This document shows, piece by piece, positions 58,985 through 64,000 of a stretch of DNA of 64,000 nt (position 1 is its first letter; the number at the start of each line of letters is the position of its first letter). The DNA is taken from NCBI RefSeq assembly GCF_009914755.1, contig NC_060940.1; one strand, written 5' to 3'. A program made the translations under genes and the position numbers. Origin of the DNA: the human T2T-CHM13v2.0 reference genome, Homo sapiens. The notes beneath the pieces are model-generated. The model made no database searches. It saw nothing but the letters and a program-made list of their open reading frames with translations, and was not told the DNA's origin.

Positions 58985-61350
58985 TTGCCTGTGTTTTGGG
59001 AGTCGAGGCGAGATGATGAGAAGGGAGAGTATTTGCTGACGAATAGTGGCGTTGTGTTGCTAAAAGAAGGGCAAAGGGTGTTGGATGGGAAGAGCCGAAA
59101 CACGCATGCGTGATGTTCAGGGCCCTTAGTCCTTGTTCTTTTTGTCTCTGCAAGTTTGCCGAAGTTGCTCTTTGATAATCTTTCTTACCTTTCCAAATTG
59201 CACCTAGCCTTTGACGTATAGCTCAAGTTGTACTTTCTCTGTGGACTTTTTCTCCCAGCCTGGCTTCAGCTTGCCTTCGATTTTAAGCTGAGAGCACTTA
59301 CCTGGTGTACCCACTGGCTGTTTAAGTGCTAACGGTAGCTCCTGCTGTTATTGTTATCTCTTATTCCAGCCTTCTAACATTTTTTCCACTGTTTCATTTT
59401 GTTTTTTGTTTAACGGTTTTATTACTCTTTGTTTTGGGGACTGACAAATTTTTGGATGCCCATCTTATCTAACACAGTCAGTACTGCCTCTTTTGATGAT
59501 AGTGAGATAGGAATTTCAGGAGACCAAAAGAAAGAGCTTGCTCAAATATTATAACTTGCCCTTTAGTCACTTTTAAAATGCAATGTCCAACCAACCTTTT
59601 AGTTCTTAATGGAACTCTTGTCAGCAATCTGCTTGAAGGTCAGCCTCATCATTCTTGGATGTGGTCCTGGGGCCTCAGAGTGGGCATTGTTCCCTTAGGG
59701 AGTGGAGGCCAGAAGATGTAGGGTGCCCCATAGCAGGCATCTAAGGCTTTGGGTGCTCCAAGCACTGCTCCGGGATGGGGTCAAGGAGGAGAAGTTGCTT
59801 GTCCTTTTAAAAATTTTTGCCTATGCTGCAAAGATTATGGGTCAAAGTGAAGGTCATTTATAAACTCCACCCATGGCAAAATCCAATTATAAACTTTAAC
59901 CTTAGTGAAATGTCATTAGAGCTTGGCTTGGCTTTATTTGGGATGGAGACTGACAGTTTTGTCTGTGATATATTCAGGGAGACATATCTATTAAAGCTAG
60001 TCTAACAATGGGGGCACACGCAGATTTGCATTTTAATTCGTTTTCCCTCAGTGCTGATATGCGGCTTATCTTTCAAGAACAGGCTCACATCAACCCTGAT
60101 ATACGTTGCTTAAGAATAATGCTCATAATCTATTAGTTTAATCTGTTCACATGAGAAAGAAAGAAGAAATCGTGCATGGTGCGGAGGGTTTCAGGCCCCA
60201 GTGGGCGATTTTTTGGAGGATTTCCCATTACAACTGTTTTCAACTTGTGCTTGTTTTCCTTTCTCTAGCTTAAGTATGAACAGCTTAAGGAGAGGTCATG
60301 TCTTCCTTCTACGTAGAGCCAGGCAAGCTCACATTACAGTCAGGCTCCCAAAGATGTTGGTTATATGCAGACTTCTGAACTTGGGTTCCAGTTTCATGAT
60401 CTGCAATGAGCCTATAGCAATTCAACCTTGAAAATGGGTTTTGATCATTACCGATTATGTATAAAAATGACCCATCAGAGGACCCGTCAGATAACAGATA
60501 ATCAATATTTTTATTTTTCTGGAAGTAAGATCGCTGCTAAGACCTTTAGAACTTTCTGATACCTGCAATACTTTGTGCTTTTTCTCTCACCTCTGCCACT
60601 CCTGGGGGAGGGAAGGGGTCTTTTCTTTGCAAAGTGTGTTTAATATTGGAAGGAGTTGTGTTTAACTCTAAGAGTTCTATCTCACTTTGCCCAGTGTTCT
60701 GCATTTTCACTGGTTCTTTCACTTTTTTACTTTTTTTTTTTTTAAACACTCTCCCAGTGGATTCTCTCTGGGGTCCAGTGACCTTGATGTTTTTCGTCCA
60801 GGGAAGATGGCTGAGGCATCCCAGCAGGGAGTCAGGAGTAGGAAGAAGGTCTCTGTAACAGAGAAGTTTTGGAATTGCCGTGGGGTGCTACAGCATGAAT
60901 TTAGAGTTGGGCAAAAGTGCCTGAAAAGCAGGCCTTCTCATTTCATAATGAGCGTCATATAAACCATGTTTATCACTTCGTTTAGCCACATTCGGATTTG
61001 TAGAAAAATGGATAGAAGGGATGACTCCAGGCAGATTAGCAAGGGGATTGCATTGATCTTGGGGTCATTGGAGTAAAGCAAAACATGATCACTGACCTTT
61101 AGCTCTAGGGTCATTGACTTGGTAGATGGAACTTGAAAGCAAGAGTAGAACTCGGCAAATGTGGAAGTTAAAGATAAAATGTGGCCTGGAGAGTCTAATG
61201 GACCACTAAGGATTAATGCACTTTGTTATCACGTTGGGGAAAGACGAGAAGGAGTGGAGAGAAAAGAAAATTTCGGGATTTGAATTCTTATACATGGAAG
61301 AGTTCAGAGAGGTTATGTCCCTAGAAGGCTGAGATAGAGAAGGAGGTTTC

Positions 61351-62069
<719 letters not shown>

Positions 62070-62510
62070 CAGCTGAATTATATGTGTGAGGCTATGGCAT
62101 GAGGAAGGGTATCATGAAGAGGTTGAAGTCCATGACGTAATGAGAGACTATGAAAGCCGTGTTCATGTCCAGTATTTGCCATTTGCTTGTTTGTTTTCTT
62201 ACCCGCTGGGTTCCACTGTAGTGTTAAGTCCTACGAGACCCTGGTCTGTCCTGCTCTCTGCTCTTTTTCCAATGCCTTTGACAGTTCTTAGCATGTAATC
62301 AATCTGCAGTAAACAGCTGCTGAATGAGGGAATTAATAAAGTCACCAAGGAATTGTGAGCTCCTCTTCTGCTCTGAGCCCCGTGGATGCATTGTTATGCG
62401 TAATAAGTGTGAAATGAGCATTTGTTGATTGTATTCCATGTCAAAGCAAAAAATAAAAATAAAATAAATGTCAGAATACACTCATGGTGCTATTAATTAT
62501 GATGTAGAGC

Positions 62511-63067
62511 TTTTTTTCAAACTTTTATTTTAGGCTCAGGGGTGCATAAGCAGTTTTTTTATTTAGGTAAACCCGTGTCACGGGGGTTTGTTGTACAAAT
62601 TATTTCATCACCCAAGTACTAAGCTTAGTACCCAATAGCTATTTTTCTGCTTCTCTCCCTCCTCCCACCCTCTATCCTCAAGCAGGCCCCACTGTCTCTT
62701 GTTTCCTTATCTGTGTCCCTGTGTTCTCTTTAGTACCGTTTATTAGTGAGAACATGCGGTATTTGGTTTTCTGTTCCTGCCTTAGTTTGCTAAATATAAT
62801 GGCCTCCAGCTCCATCCAGGTCTCTGCAAAGGACATGATGTCTTTCTTTTTTGTAGTTGCATAGTATTCCATGGTATATATGTACCACATTTTCTGTATC
62901 TTGTCTGTGATTGATGGGCATTTAGGTTGATGCCATGTCTTTGCTATTGTGAATAGTGCTGCAGTGAACATTTGCATGCATGTGTCTTTATGATAGAATG
63001 ATTTAAATTCTTCTGGGTATATACCCAGTGATGGGATCGCTAGATCAAATGGTAGTTCTGTTTTTAG
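62511..63067 (-). mobile_element. L1PA (L1PA15/16-like) 3' end, TSD GTAGAGCTT
   Basis: ORF2p C-terminal peptide in ORF 62678-63235; TSD near 62503 and 63068. Confidence 0.93.
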
Positions 63068-63518
63068 GTAGAGCTTGTCAGGATCTCTTCTTCCCTCTCT
63101 CCTTCTTTGTCTATATATGCAGGTATAACAGGTAAAACATATGTGGGATGATTCTACATATTTTGTAAATATTTTCCATGTCAACATATCAATCTGTAAC
63201 ACCAATTTCAAGGTTTTGTAGTCCAGCCGCACCACAACAGGTTTTCATGCATCCCCTATTGTTGAGCATTTAGGTTGTTCTCAATTCTTTCCACTTTCAA
63301 TGCATAAGGAGTTCAAGACTCGATTTAGAGAATGCCTCAAAGGTAGCCTTTGGCCAAATCTAGAACTAGAGCTCAACAGTGCCACAGCCTAAAAGATGAA
63401 ATTTAGACACATTCCTGGAGTTTGGTGGGATATTTGGCTCATTGGCTTGTTGGACCAGCAGTTAGATTTGGAGTGGTTCTGCAAATGTCTTGCCATGAAC
63501 ATATGATATAATGCTTAG

Positions 63519-63571
63519 AGGGTTAAAAAGCATACCTGGATTTTCAAGGGTTAAAAGTAGACCTGGATTTT
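63519..63571. repeat. Short tandem duplication, period about 28 bp
   Basis: 'agggttaaaaagcatacctggatttt' / 'agggttaaaagtagacctggatttt'. Confidence 0.85.
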
Positions 63572-63715
63572 AGGTCCCAGCCTGGCCTAGAGCATAAGTG
63601 ACTTGTGGACATCCTGAAAAAGAAACCCATTCTTTGGAATAGCAGAAAAGCGGCATACATCTTCAGATGAATAGTAAGAGTGATTGTGAACCAAAGGGTC
63701 TGGGTGACTTGGCTG

Positions 63716-64000
63716 TTTTTATCTTATTTTTATTTTATTTATTTATTTATTTATTCTTTTAAGACAGAGTCTCGCTCTGTCACCCAGGTTGGAGTGCAGT
63801 GGCATGATTTCCGCTCACTGTGACCTCTGCCTCCTGGGTTCAAGTGATTGTCCTGCCTCAGCCTCCTGAGTAGCTGGGATTACAGGTGCATGCCTCCACG
63901 CTTGGGTAATTTTTTGTATTTTTAGTAGAGATGGGGTTTCACTGTGTTAGGCAGGATAGTCTCGATCTCCTGACCTCATGATATGCCTGCCTCTGCCTCC
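63716..64000 (-). mobile_element. Alu (Sc-like), cut by the window edge
   Basis: 'ttaggcaggatagtctcgatctcctgacctcatga'. Confidence 0.93.

Noticed and set aside
62678-63235. 185-aa minus-strand ORF, the longest in the window
   Set aside because: Its C-terminal ~110 aa is the L1 ORF2p C-terminus of a truncated L1PA. The N-terminal part is flanking DNA with a GTG start, and there is no evidence of a gene.

Overview
This is primate (human-like) non-coding genomic DNA. I find no credible protein-coding exon, RNA gene, CpG island or prokaryote-type system. The longer or protein-like ORFs I could trace derive from Alu, L1 or simple-repeat sequence, and the other short ORFs show no recognisable homology. 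About half the window is interspersed repeat: about 28 Alu copies, L1PA/PB/MA/MB/MC/ME fragments, L2, MIR, MaLR/ERV1 solo LTRs (MLT1, MST, MER66, MER57) and DNA-transposon relics (MER20, MER58, MER33, MER91A, MER53, MER5, MADE1). Alus (7 plus versus about 21 minus) and L1 3' ends are biased to the minus strand, which suggests a large intron of a gene transcribed on the + strand. The host gene cannot be identified from sequence alone. The most unusual structure is a young (about 97% identical) 311-bp non-Alu inverted repeat at 45101-45411 / 46711-47023. It appears to be a locally templated, inverted copy that replaced about 20 bp of an L1PB 3' end, and its 1.3-kb loop contains a MADE1 hairpin. 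Two older local templated copies (10966/12397 and 51990/55630) have the same donor-downstream polarity. A dense TALE-DECA + CCAAT + perfect MARE motif cluster lies between inverted (CA)n and (TG)n tracts at 14.3-14.75 kb. Repeat subfamily names come from recalled consensus sequences and need RepeatMasker/Dfam confirmation.
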